From: the human T2T-CHM13v2.0 reference genome, Homo sapiens
Assembly: GCF_009914755.1 (NCBI RefSeq)
Contig: NC_060940.1
Length of the DNA stretch: 64,000 nucleotides
Strand: one strand, 5' to 3'
Shown here: positions 44,966-60,100 of the stretch, one piece after another
Numbering within the stretch: the stretch's first letter is position 1
Layout: each line of letters opens with the position of its first letter
The notes under the pieces: model-generated
Told to the model about the DNA's origin: nothing
Seen by the model: only the letters and a program-made list of their open reading frames with translations
Database searches by the model: none
Made by a program: the position numbers and the translations under genes

Positions 44966-47900
44966 TTAGATGATGTTTCCATTCGAATCCATTCCATGAT
45001 TATTCCATTGGAATCCATTCGGCGATGATTCCATATGAGTCAATTCAATGATGATTCCATATGGGTCCGTTCGATGATAATTCCATTTGATTTCATTCGA
45101 TGCTTCTATTCTATTCCAGTCGATGATGATTCCGTTGGAGTCCATACGATGATTCCATTTGATTTCATTTGATGATGGTTCCATTCGATGATGATTACAT
45201 TGGATTCCATTCTATGATTCCATTCAATTCCATTCGTTGATGATTCGATTCCATTCAATGATGATTCCATTTGAGTTCATTCGATGATTCTATTCGATTC
45301 CGTTCGATGGTGATTCAATTCTATTATATTGGATGATTCCACTCGATTCCATTTGATGATTATTCCATTGGAGTCCACTTAGTGAATCCTTTAGATTCTA
45401 CTCGACGATGATTCCATTCGAGTCCATTCGATGATACCATTCAATTCCATTCGTTGATGCTTCCATTCAAGTGCATTCGATGATATCATTCGATTCCATT
45501 TGATGATAATTCCATTTGATTCCATGCGATGATTCTATTCGATTCCATTCAATGATAATTCCATTCAATTCAGTGATTCCTCTGGACTCCATTTGATGAT
45601 GATTCCATTCAATGATTCCATTCGATTCTATTCGAAAATGATTCCATTTGAATCCATTTGATGATGATTCCATTAGATTCCATTTGATGATTCCATTCGA
45701 TTCCATTCGACGATGATTCCATTCGATTCCGTTTGATGATTCCATTCTATTCTATTCGATGATGATTCCATTCGATTCCATTCGATGATGATTGGATTCG
45801 ATTCCATTTGATGATTTCATTTGATTCCATTCGTTAATGATTTCGATCAATTCCATTCGATGATTCCATTCGATTCCATTCGATAATGATTACATCCGAG
45901 TCCATTCGATGATTCCCTTTGAGCCTGTTCGATAATTCCATTTGAGTCCAACCAATGATTCCATTCATTTCCATTCAATGATTCCATTCGAGTCCATTTG
46001 ATCATTCCGGTAGGGTCCATTCGATGTTGATTCCATTGGAGTGCATTCGATGATTCCATTCGAGTCCATTTTAGGATTTGATTCGAGTCCTTTCGATGAT
46101 TCCATTCGATTCCACTCGATGATGATTTCATTCGAGTCCATTCGACACTTCCAATCGATTCCATTTGATGATTACATTCGAGTCCAATTGATGATTCCAT
46201 TCAATTCCATTCGATGATGATTCCGTACGATTCCATTCTGTGATGATTCCATGTGATTGCATTCAATGATGATTCCTTTCGATTGCATTCGATTATGATT
46301 CATTTCGTGTTCATTCTATGGTTCCACAGGTTTCCATTCGTGTCCATTCCATTATTCCATTCTATTCCATTTGATGATGATTCCATTCGATTCCATTCAT
46401 TGGTGATTCCACTCAATTCCATTCAATGATTCCATTCCATTTCTTTCAACAATGATTCCATTAGTTTCTAATCGATGATCCACTTGATTCCATTTGACGA
46501 CGATTCCATTCTTGTCCATTCGATGATTCCATTTGATTCCATATGATGATGATTCCATTCGATTCCATACCATGATGATTCCATTCGAGTCCATTCAATG
46601 GTGATTCCATTCAATTCCATTCGATGATTCCTTTCGATTCCATTCGATGATGATGGCATTCGATTCCTTTCAATCATTCCCTTTGATTCCATTCCGAGGT
46701 GATTTCATTCAAGTCCATTCGATAATTGCATTCGATTCCATTCTATGATGATTCCATTCGAGTCCATTTGATGATTCCATTCAATTCAAGTCAATGATGA
46801 TTCCATTCGATTCCATTCGATGATTCCATTGGATTCCATTCGATGATGATTCCATTCAAATCCATTCGATAATTCAATTCAAGTCCATTCGATGATGATT
46901 CCAATCGAATCCATTCAAAGATTCCATTCAGTTCCATTCGATGATTCCCTTAGATTCCATTCGATGATTCCACTTGATTGCATTTACGATGATTCCATTC
47001 GATTCCATGTGATGATTCCATTCAATTCTATTCAATGATGTCTCCATTTGATTCCATTCGACCATGATTGCCTTTGATTCCATTCAATGATTCCATTCGG
47101 TTCCGTTTGATGATGATTCCGTTCGATTCCATTTGATGATTCCATTTGATTCCATTGGATGAGTCCATTCGATTACATTCGATGATTATTCCATTCGAGT
47201 GCATTAGATGATTCCATTCGAGTCCATTCGATGATTCCATTCGATTCCATTCGATGTTGATTCTGTTCAAATCCATTCGATGATTCCACTCGATTCCATT
47301 CGTTGACTCCATTTGATCCCATTCGATGATTTCCTTTGATTCCCTTTGATGATCATTCCATTTGATTCAATTCGGTGATTTCATTTGATTCCATTCAGTG
47401 ATGTTTCCATTCGACTCCATTCGATGATGATTCCATTCGACTCCATTCGATTATGATTTCATTCAATTCCATTCGATAATGATTCCCTTCGAGTCCATTC
47501 GATGATTCCATTCGATTCCATTCAACGATGATTTGATTCGTGTCCATTCGATGATTCCATTTGATTCCACTTGATGATGATTCCATTCGAGTCCATTTGA
47601 TGATTCCATTCAATTCCATACTCCGATGATTTCTTTTGAGCCCACTCAATGCTTCCACTCGATTCCATATGATGATGACTCCATTCGATGAAATTCGATG
47701 ATGATTCCATTCGCTTGCTTTCGATGATGATTCCACTTGAGTCCGTTAGAAGATTCTATTCAATTACATTCCATGACGATTCCGTTCGAGTCCATTTGAT
47801 GATTCCATTAGACTCCATTCGACGATGATTCCATTCGATGTTATTCCATGATTCCATTCGATCTCATTCGATGATGATTCCATTCAACTCCATTCGATGT

Positions 47901-50900
47901 TTCCATTCGAGTTCATTCTATTATTCCATTAGATTCCATTCGATGATGATTCCATTCGATTCCATTTGATGATTGCATTCTATTTCATTTGATGATGATT
48001 CCATTCGAGTCCACTCGATGATTCCATTCGAGTCCATTTAATGAATCCATTGGTTTCAATTCTATGATGATTACATTGGATTCCATTCGTTGATGATTTC
48101 ATTCGGTTCCATTCAATGATGATTCCATTCAATTCCTTTCAATGTTTCCATTCAATTCCATACGATGATGATTCCATTTGATTTGATTCGACAGTGAGCC
48201 ATTCGATTCAATTCCATGATGATTCTATTTGATTCAATTGGTTGACATTTCCATTCGATTCCATTCGATGATGATTCCCTTTGATTCCGTTCAAAGATGA
48301 TTCCATTCTAGCCCATTCAATCATTCCATTCGATTCTATTCAATGATGATTCCATTCATGTCGATTTGGTGATTCCATTTGACTTCATTTGATGATGATT
48401 CCTTTCAAGTTCATTAGATGATTCCATTCGATTCCATTTGATGATGATCCCATTCGAGTCCATTCAGTGATTCCATTCGTTTCCATTCCATGATGATTCC
48501 ATTCCTTTCCATTCAATGATTCCATTCGATTCCGTTTGATGATGATTTCATTCGAGTCCATTTGATGATTCCATTTGATTCCATTCGATGATGATTCCAT
48601 TCGAGTCCATTCGATGATTCTATTCGAATCCATTTGATGATTTCTTTTGATTATATTTGGTGATGATTCCATTGGAGTCCATTCAATGATTCCATTCTAT
48701 TCCAATCGATGATGATTCCATTAGAGTCCATTTAATGATTCCATTTGATTCCAGTCTCTGATGATTACATTCGAGTCCATACGATGATTCCACTCAATTC
48801 CATATGATGATGATTCCATTTGATTCCATTCGGTGATTCCATTCTATTCTATTCAATGGTGATTCCATTCGAGTACATTAGATGATTCCATTCGATTCCA
48901 TTCAATGATGATTCTATTTGTGTCCCTTAGATGATTCCACATGATTCCATTAGATGATGATACTATTTGAGCCCATCCAATGATTCCCTTCGATTCCATT
49001 CGATGAGGATTCCATTCGATTCAATTCATTGGTGATTCTATTCAATTCAATTCTTTGATTCCATTCCATTCCATTCGACAATGATTCCATTCGATTTCTT
49101 TCGATGATTCCACTCGATTCCACTTGACATTGATTCCATTCGATTCCATTCAATGATTCCATTTGATTCCAGTGGATGATGATTGCCATCGATTCCATTC
49201 GATCACTCCATTCTATTCCATTTGATGATGATTACATTCGATTCCATTTGATGATTCCATCTGATTCTATTCGAGGATTCCATTTGATTCCATTCGATGA
49301 TGATTCCATTCGAGTCCATTCGATGATTTCATTCCAGTACATCCAATGATTCCATTCGAGTCCATTAGATGATTCCATTTGATTCCATTTTAAAATGATT
49401 CTACTAGAGTCCATTCAATGACTCCATTCGAGTCCATTCAACAATTCCATTCGACTCCATTCGATGATTCCATTCGATTCCATTTGATGGTTCCATTCGA
49501 GTCCATTTAATCATTACAGTCGAGTCCATTTGGTGATTCCACTGGATTTCTTTTGATAATGATACCATTCAATTACATTTGATGATGATCCCATTCAATT
49601 TCATTTGATGATGATTCCATTAGAGTCCATTCGATGATTTCATTCGAGTCCCTTCATTGATTCCATCCGATTTCATTGGATGATGACTCCATTCGAGTCC
49701 ATTCGATGATTCCACTCGATTCCATTAGATGACTCCATTGGAGTCCATTTGATTGTTCCATTCGATTCCATTCGATTCCTTTCGAAGATTATTCCATTTG
49801 AGTCCATTCCATGATGATTCCATTCCATTCCATTTGATGATTCCGTTTGATTCCATTCGATGATTCCCTTCGATTCCTTTCTTTGATGATTCCATTCCAT
49901 TCCATTCAATGATTCCATTCGAATCTATTCCATGATGATTCCTTTCGATTCCATTCGCTGATGTTTCCGTTCAATTCCATTCGATGATGATTCCATTCGA
50001 TTCCATTCATTGAGGATTCCATTTGATTCCATTCAATGATGATTCCATTCTATTCCATTCAATGATTGCATTCAATTCCATTCAATGATTATCCCCTTAG
50101 AGTAAACTCAACGATTCCATTCAATACCATTCGATGATGATTCCTTTTGAGTCCATTCAATGATTTCATTCAAGTCCATTTGATGATTCCTTTCAATTCC
50201 ATTCTATGATGATTCCATTCGAGTCCATTCGATGATTCCATTCGATTGCATTCGATGATTCCATTATATTCCATTGAACGGTGATTCCATTCGAGTCCAT
50301 TCCATGATTCCATTAGAGTACATTTAATGATTGCTTTGTTTTCAATTCGAAGATGATTACATTGGATTCCATTCTATGATACCATTCGATTCCATTCAAT
50401 GATGATTCCACTCAAATCCATTGGATGATTCCATTCGTGTCCATTCGGTGATTTCATTAGATTCCATTCGAGGATGATTCCATTCGATTCCATTCGATGA
50501 TTCCATTCAATTCCATTCGATGATGATTCCATTCCAGTCCATATGATCATTCCATTTGATTTCATTCGATGATGATTCCATTCGATTCCATTCGACGATT
50601 CCATTCTATTCCATTCGATGATGATTCCATTCGAGTCCATTCGATGATTCCATTCGAGTCCATTTAATGATTCCATTGGGTTCAATTCAATGATGATTAC
50701 ATTGGATTCCGTTCTATGATTCCATTCAATTCCGTTCATTGACAATTTGATTCCATTCGATGATGATTCCATTTGAGTTCATTCGATGATTCTATTCGAT
50801 TCTCTTCGATGGTGATTCAATTCTATTATATTGGATGATTCCATTCGATTCCATTTGATGTTGATTCAATTCGATTCTATTCGATGATGATTCCATTGGA

Positions 50901-51077
50901 TTTCACTTGATGATTCTATTCGATTCCATTCAATGATGATTCACTTCTCGTCCATTGGATGATTCCATTTCATTCCATTCGATGATGATTCCATTCGATT
51001 CCATTCGATGATTCCATTTGATTCCATGCGACGGTGAGCAATTCGATTCAATTCCATGATGATTCTATTTGATTCAA
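44966..51077 (+). repeat. Canonical 6112-bp unit G
   Basis: Landmark ORFs recur at +6112 (45467/51579, 47395/53507, 48950/55062). Confidence 0.92.
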
Positions 51078-54000
51078 TTAGATGATGTTTCCATTCGAAT
51101 CCATTCCATGATTATTCCATTGGAATCCATTCGGCGATGATTCCATATGAGTCAATTCAATGATGATTCCATATGGGTCCGTTCGATGATAATTCCATTT
51201 GATTTCATTCGATGCTTCTATTCTATTCCAGTCGATGATGATTCCGTTGGAGTCCATACGATGATTCCATTTGATTTCATTTGATGATGATTCCATTCGA
51301 TGATGATTACATTGGATTCCATTCTATGATTCCATTCAATTCCATTCGTTGATGATTCGATTCCATTCAATGATGATTCCATTTGAGTTCATTCGATGAT
51401 TCTATTCGATTCCGTTCGATGGTGATTAAATTCTATTATACTGGATGATTCCACTCGATTCCATTTGATGATTATTCCATTGGAGTCCACTTAGTGAATC
51501 CTTTAGATTCTACTCGACGATGATTCCATTCGAGTCCATTCGATGATACCATTCAATTCCATTCGTTGATGCTTCCATTCAAGTGCATTCGATGATATCA
51601 TTCGATTCCATTTGATGATAATTCCATTTGATTCCATGCGATGATTCTATTCGATTCCATTCAATGATAATTCCATTCAATTCAGTGATTCCTCTGGACT
51701 CCATTTGATGATGATTCCATTCAATGATTCCATTCGATTCTATTCGAAAATGATTCCATTTGAATCTATTTGATGATGATTCCATTAGATTCCATTTGAT
51801 GATTCCATTCGATTCCATTCGACGATGATTCCATTCGATTCCGTTTGATGATTCCATTCTATTCTATTCGATGATGATTCCATTCGATTCCATTCGATGA
51901 TGATTGGATTCGATTCCATTTGATGATTTCATTTGATTCCATTCGTTAATGATTTCGATCAATTCCATTCGATGATTCCATTCGATTCCATTCGATAATG
52001 ATTACATCCGAGTCCATTCGATGATTCCCTTTGAGCCTGTTCGATAATTCCATTTGAGTCCAACCAATGATTCCATTCATTTCCATTCAATGATTCCATT
52101 CGAGTCCATTTGATCATTCCGGTAGGGTCCATTCGATGTTGATTCCATTGGAGTGCATTCGATGATTCCATTCGAGTCCATTTTAGGATTTGATTCGAGT
52201 CCTTTCGATGATTCCATTCGATTCCACTCGATGATGATTTCATTCGAGTCCATTCGACACTTCCAATCGATTCCATTTGATGATTACATTCGAGTCCAAT
52301 TGATGATTCCATTCAATTCCATTCGATGATGATTCCGTACGATTCCATTCTGTGATGATTCCATGTGATTGCATTCAATGATGATTCCTTTCGATTGCAT
52401 TCGATTATGATTCATTTCGTGTTCATTCTATGGTTCCACAGGTTTCCATTCGTGTCCATTCCATTATTCCATTCTATTCCATTTGATGATGATTCCGTTC
52501 GATTCCATTCATTGGTGATTCCACTCAATTCCATTCAATGATTCCATTCCATTTCTTTCAACAATGATTCCATTAGTTTCTAATCGATGATCCACTTGAT
52601 TCCATTTGACGACGATTCCATTCTTGTCCATTCGATGATTCCATTTGATTCCATATGATGATGATTCCATTCGATTCCATACCATGATGATTCCATTCGA
52701 GTCCATTCAATGGTGATTCCATTCAATTCCATTCGATGATTCCTTTCGATTCCATTCGATGATGATGGCATTCGATTCCTTTCAATCATTCCCTTTGATT
52801 CCATTCCGAGGTGATTTCATTCAAGTCCATTCGATAATTGCATTCGATTCCATTCTATGATGATTCCATTCGAGTCCATTTGATGATTCCATTCAATTCA
52901 AGTCAATGATGATTCCATTCGATTCCATTCGATGATTCCATTGGATTCCATTCGATGATGATTCCATTCAAATCCATTCGATAATTCAATTCAAGTCCAT
53001 TCGATGATGATTCCAATCGAATCCATTCAAAGATTCCATTCAGTTCCATTCGATGATTCCCTTAGATTCCATTCGATGATTCCACTTGATTGCATTTACG
53101 ATGATTCCATTCGATTCCATGTGATGATTCCATTCAATTCTATTCAATGATGTCTCCATTTGATTCCATTCGACCATGATTGCCTTTGATTCCATTCAAT
53201 GATTCCATTCGGTTCCGTTTGATGATGATTCCGTTCGATTCCATTTGATGATTCCATTTGATTCCATTGGATGAGTCCATTCGATTACATTCGATGATTA
53301 TTCCATTCGAGTGCATTAGATGATTCCATTCGAGTCCATTCGATGATTCCATTCGATTCCATTCGATGTTGATTCTGTTCAAATCCATTCGATGATTCCA
53401 CTCGATTCCATTCGTTGACTCCATTTGATCCCATTCGATGATTTCCTTTGATTCCCTTTGATGATCATTCCATTTGATTCAATTCGGTGATTTCATTTGA
53501 TTCCATTCAGTGATGTTTCCATTCGACTCCATTCGATGATGATTCCATTCGACTCCATTCGATTATGATTTCATTCAATTCCATTCGATAATGATTCCCT
53601 TCGAGTCCATTCGATGATTCCATTCGATTCCATTCAACGATGATTTGATTCGTGTCCATTCGATGATTCCATTTGATTCCACTTGATGATGATTCCATTC
53701 GAGTCCATTTGATGATTCCATTCAATTCCATACTCCGATGATTTCTTTTGAGCCCACTCAATGCTTCCACTCGATTCCATATGATGATGACTCCATTCGA
53801 TGAAATTCGATGATGATTCCATTCGCTTGCTTTCGATGATGATTCCACTTGAGTCCGTTAGAAGATTCTATTCAATTACATTCCATGACGATTCCGTTCG
53901 AGTCCATTTGATGATTCCATTAGACTCCATTCGACGATGATTCCATTCGATGTTATTCGATGATTCCATTCGATCTCATTCGATGATGATTCCATTCAAC

Positions 54001-57000
54001 TCCATTCGATGTTTCCATTCGAGTTCATTCTATTATTCCATTAGATTCCATTCGATGATGATTCCATTCGATTCCATTTGATGATTGCATTCTATTTCAT
54101 TTGATGATGATTCCATTCGAGTCCACTCGATGATTCCATTCGAGTCCATTTAATGAATCCATTGGTTTCAATTCTATGATGATTACATTGGATTCCATTC
54201 GTTGATGATTTCATTCGGTTCCATTCAATGATGATTCCATTCAATTCCTTTCAATGTTTCCATTCAATTCCATACGATGATGATTCCATTTGATTTGATT
54301 CGACAGTGAGCCATTCGATTCAATTCCATGATGATTCTATTTGATTCAATTGGTTGACATTTCCATTCGATTCCATTCGATGATGATTCCCTTTGATTCC
54401 GTTCAAAGATGATTCCATTCTAGCCCATTCAATCATTCCATTCGATTCTATTCAATGATGATTCCATTCATGTCGATTTGGTGATTCCATTTGACTTCAT
54501 TTGATGATGATTCCTTTCAAGTTCATTAGATGATTCCATTCGATTCCATTTGATGATGATCCCATTCGAGTCCATTCAGTGATTCCATTCGTTTCCATTC
54601 CATGATGATTCCATTCCTTTCCATTCAATGATTCCATTCGATTCCGTTTGATGATGATTTCATTCGAGTCCATTTGATGATTCCATTTGATTCCATTCGA
54701 TGATGATTCCATTCGAGTCCATTCGATGATTCTATTCGAATCCATTTGATGATTTCTTTTGATTATAGTTGGTGATGATTCCATTGGAGTCCATTCAATG
54801 ATTCCATTCTATTCCAATCGATGATGATTCCATTAGAGTCCATTTAATGATTCCATTTGATTCCAGTCTCTGATGATTACATTCGAGTCCATACGATGAT
54901 TCCACTCAATTCCATATGATGATGATTCCATTTGATTCCATTCGGTGATTCCGTTCTATTCTATTCAATGGTGATTCCATTCGAGTACATTAGATGATTC
55001 CATTCGATTCCATTCAATGATGATTCTATTTGTGTCCCTTAGATGATTCCACATGATTCCATTAGATGATGATACTATTTGAGCCCATCCAATGATTCCC
55101 TTCGATTCCATTCGATGAGGATTCCATTTGATTCAATTCATTGGTGATTCTATTCAATTCAATTCTTTGATTCCATTCCATTCCATTCGACAATGATTCC
55201 ATTCGATTTCTTTCGATGATTCCACTCGATTCCACTTGACATTGATTCCATTCGATTCCATTCAATGATTCCATTTGATTCCAGTGGATGATGATTGCCA
55301 TCGATTCCATTCGATCACTCCATTCTATTCCATTTGATGATGATTACATTCGATTCCATTTGATGATTCCATCTGATTCTATTCGAGGATTCCATTTGAT
55401 TCCATTCGATGATGATTCCATTCGAGTCCATTCGATGATTTCATTCGAGTACATCCAATGATTCCATTCGAGTCCATTAGATGATTCCATTTGATTCCAT
55501 TTGAAAATGATTCTACTAGAGTCCATTCAATGACTCCATTCGAGTCCATTCAACAATTCCATTCGACTCCATTCGATGATTCCATTCGATTCCATTTGAT
55601 GGTTCCATTCGAGTCCATTTGGTGATTCCACCGGATTTCTTTTGATAATGATATCATTCAATTACATTTGATGATGATCCCATTCAATTTCATTTGATGA
55701 TGACTCCATTAGAGTCCAGTCGATGATTTCATTCGAGTCCCTTCATTGATTCCATCCGATTTCATTGGATGATGACTCCATTCGAGTCCATTCGATGATT
55801 CCACTCGATTCCATTAGATGATTCCATTGGAGTCCATTTGATTGTTCCATTCGATTCCATTCGATTCCTTTCGAAGATTATTCCATTTGAGTCCATTCGA
55901 TGATGATTCCATTCCATTCCATTCGATGATTCCGTTTGATTCCATTCGATGATTCCCTTTGATTCCTTTCTTTGATGATTCCATTCCATTCCATTCAATG
56001 ATTCCATTCGAATCTATTCCGTGATGATTCCTTTCGATTCCATTCGCTGATGTTTCCGTTCAATTCCATTCGGTGATGATTCCATTCGATTCCATTCATT
56101 GAGGATTCCATTTGATTCCATTCAATGATGATTCCGTTCTATTCCATTCAATGATTGCATTCAATTCCATTCAATGATTATCCCCTTAGAGTAAACTCAA
56201 CGATTCCATTCAATACCATTCGATGATGATTCGTTTTGAGTCCATTCAATGATTTCATTCAAGTCCATTTGATGATTCCTTTCAATTCCATTCTATGATG
56301 ATTCCATTCGAGTCCATTCGATGATTCCATTCGATTGCATTCGATGATTCCATTATATTCCAGTCAACGATGATTCCATTCGAGTCCATTCGATGATTCC
56401 ATTAGAGTACATTTAATGATTGCTTTGTTTTCAATTCGAAGATGATTACATTGGATTCCATTCTTTGATACCATTCGATTCCATTCAATGATGATTCCAC
56501 TCAAATCCATTTGATGATTCCATTCGTTTCCGTTCGGTGATTTCATAAGATTCCATTCGAGGATGATTCCATTCGATTCCATTCGATGATTCCATTCAAT
56601 TCCATTCGATGATGATTCCATTCCAGTCCATATGATCATTCCATTTGATTTCATTCGATGATGATTCCATTCGATTCCATTCGACGATTCCATTCTATTC
56701 CATTCGATGTTGATTCCATTCGAGTCCATTCGATGATTCCATTCGAGTCCATTTAATGATTCCATTGGGTTCAATTCAATGATGATTACATTGGATTCCG
56801 TTCTATGATTCCATTCAATTCCGTTCATTGACAATTTGATTCCATTCGATGATGATTCCATTTGAGTTCATTCGATGATTCTATTCGATTCTCTTCGATG
56901 GTGATTCAATTCTATTATATTGGATGATTCCATTCGATTCCATTTCATGTTGATTCAATTTGATTCTATTCGATGATGATTCCATTGGAATTCACTTGAT

Positions 57001-57166
57001 GATTCTATTCGATTCCATTCAATGATGATTCACTTCTCGTCCATTGGATGATTCCATTTCATTCCATTCGATGATGATTCCATTCGATTCCATTCGATGA
57101 TTCCATTTGATTCCATGCGACGGTGAGCAATTCGATTCAATTCCATGATGATTCTATCTGATTCAA
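51078..57166 (+). repeat. 6.1-kb unit H (6089 bp; 23-bp deletion near 55620)
   Basis: Lacks 'aatcattacagtcgagtccattt' present in other units; offset to G changes from 6112 to 6089 (49673/55762). Confidence 0.9.
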
Positions 57167-60100
57167 TTAGATGATGTTTCCATTCGAATCCATTCCATGA
57201 TTATTCCATTGGAATCCATTCGGCGATGATTCCATATGAGTCAATTCAATGATGATTCCATATGGGTCCGTTCGATGACAATTCCATTTGATTTCATTCG
57301 GTGCTTCTATTCAATTCCAGTCGATGATGATTCCGTTGGAGTCCATACGATGATTCCATTTGATTTCATTTGATGATGATTCCATTCGATGATGATTACA
57401 TTGGATTCCATTCTATGATTCCATTCAATTCCATTCGTTGATGATTCGATTCCATTCAATGATGATTCCATTTGAGTTCATTCGATGATTCTATTCGATT
57501 CCGTTCGATGGTGATTCAATTCTCTTATATTGGATGAATCCACTCGATTCCATTTGATGATTATTCCATTGGAGTCCACTTAGTGAATCCTTCAGATTCT
57601 ACTCGAAGATGATTCCATTCAAGTCCATTCGATGATACCATTCAATTCCATTCGTTGATGCTTCCATTCAAGTGCATTCGATGATATCATTCGATTCCAT
57701 TTGATGATAATTCCATTTGATTCCATGCGATGATTCTATTCGATTCCATTCAATGATAATTCCATTCAGTTCAGTGATTCCTCTGGACTCCATTTGATGA
57801 TGATTCCATTCAATGATTCCATTCGATTCTATTTGAAAATGATTCCATTTGAATCCATTTGATGATGATTCCATTAGATTCCATTTGATGATTCCATTCG
57901 ATTCCATGCGACGATGATTCCATTCGATTCCATTTGATGATTCCATTCTATTCTATTCGATGATGATTCCATTTGATTCCATTCGATGATGATTGGATTC
58001 GATTCCATTTGATGATTTCATTTGATTCCATTCGTTAATGATTTCGATCAATTCCATTCGATGATTCCATTCGATTCCATTCGATAATGATTACATCCGT
58101 TTCCATTCAATGATTCCATTTGAGCCTGTTCGATAATTCCATTTGAGTCCAACCAATGATTCCATTCATTTCCATTCAATGTTTCCATTCGAGTCCATTT
58201 GATCATTCCGGTAGGGTCCATTCGATGTTGATTCCATTGGAGTGCATTCGATGATTCCATTCGAGTCCATTTTATGATTTGATTCGAGTCCTTTCGATGA
58301 TTCCATTCGATTCCACTCGATGATGATTTCATTCGAGTCCATTCGACACTTCCAATCGATTCCATTTGATGTTTCCATTCGAGTCCAATTGATGATTCCA
58401 TTCAATTCCATTCGATGATGATTCCGTACGATTCCATTCTGTGATGATTCCATGTGATTGCATTCAATGATGATTCCTTTAGATTGCATTCGATTGTGAT
58501 TCATTTCGTCTTCATTCTATGGTTCCACAGGTTTCCATTCGTGTCCATTCCATTATTCCATTCTATTCCATTTGATGATGATTCCATTCGATTCCATTCA
58601 TTGGTGATTCCACTCAATTCCATTCAATGATTCCATTCCATTTCTTTCAACAATGATTCCATTAGTTTCTATTCGATGATCCACTTGATTGCATTTGACG
58701 ACGATTCCATTCGTGTCCATTCGATGATTCCATTTGATTCCATATGATGATGATTCCATTCGATTCCATACGATGATGATTCCATTCGAGTCCATTCAAT
58801 GGTGATTCCATTCAATTCCATTCGATGATTCCTTTCGATTCCATTCGATGATGATGGCATTCGATTCCTTTCAATCATTCCCTTTGATTGCATTCAAAGG
58901 TGATTTCATTCAAGTCCATTCGATAATTGCATTCGATTCCATTCTATGATGATTCCATTCGAGTCCATTTGATGATTCCATTCAATTCAAGTCAATGATG
59001 ATTCCATTCGATTCCATTCGATGATTCCATTGGATTCCATTCGATGCTGATTCCATTCAAATCCATTCGATAATTCAATTCAAGTCCATTCGATGATGAT
59101 TAAAATCGAATCCATTCAAAGATTCCATTCAGTTCCATTCGATGATTCCCTTAGATTCCATTCGATGATTCCACTTGATTTCATTTACGATGATTCCATT
59201 CGATTCCATGTGATGATTCCATTCAATTCTATTCAATGCTGTTTCCATTTGATTCCATTCGACCATGATTGCCTTTGATTCCATTCAATGACTCCATTCG
59301 GTTCCTTTTGATGATGATTCCGTTCGATTCCATTTCATTATTCCATTTGATTCCATTGGATGAGTCCATTCGATTACATTCGATGATTATTCCATTCGAG
59401 TGCATTAGATGATTCCATTCGAGTCCATTCGATGATTCCATTCGATTCCATTCGATGTTGATTCTGTTCAAATCCATTCGATGATTCCACTCGATTCCAT
59501 TCGATGACTCCAGTTGATCCCATTCGATGATTTCCTTTGATTCCCTTTGATGATCATTCCATTTGATTCAATTCGGTGATTTCATTTGATTCCATTCAGT
59601 GATGTTTCCATTCGACTCCATTCGATGATGATTCCATTCGACTCCATTCGATTATGATTTCATTCAATTCCATTCGATAATGATTCCCTTCGAGTCCATT
59701 CGATGATTCCATTCGATTCCATTCAACGATGATTTGATTCGTGTCCATTCGATGATTCCATTTGATTCCACTTGATGATGATTCCATTCGAGTCCATTTG
59801 ATGATTCCATTCAATTCCATTCTCCGATGATTTCTTTTGAGCCCATTCAATGCTTCCACTCGATTCCATATGATGATGACTCCATTCGATGAAATTCGAT
59901 GACGATTCCATTCGCTTGCATTCGATGATGATTCCACTTGAGTCCATTAGAAGATTCTATTCAATTACATTCCATGACGATTCCGTTCGAGTCCATTTGA
60001 TGATTCCATTAGACTCCATTCGACGATGATTCCATTCGATGTTATTCGATGATTCCATTCGATCTCATTCGATGATGATTCCATTCAACTCCATTCGATG

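Noticed and set aside
56364-56861. Longest ORF (165 aa)
   Set aside because: It is the recurring 132-aa ORF extended by one point change ('ttctatga' to 'ttctttga') that removes a stop.
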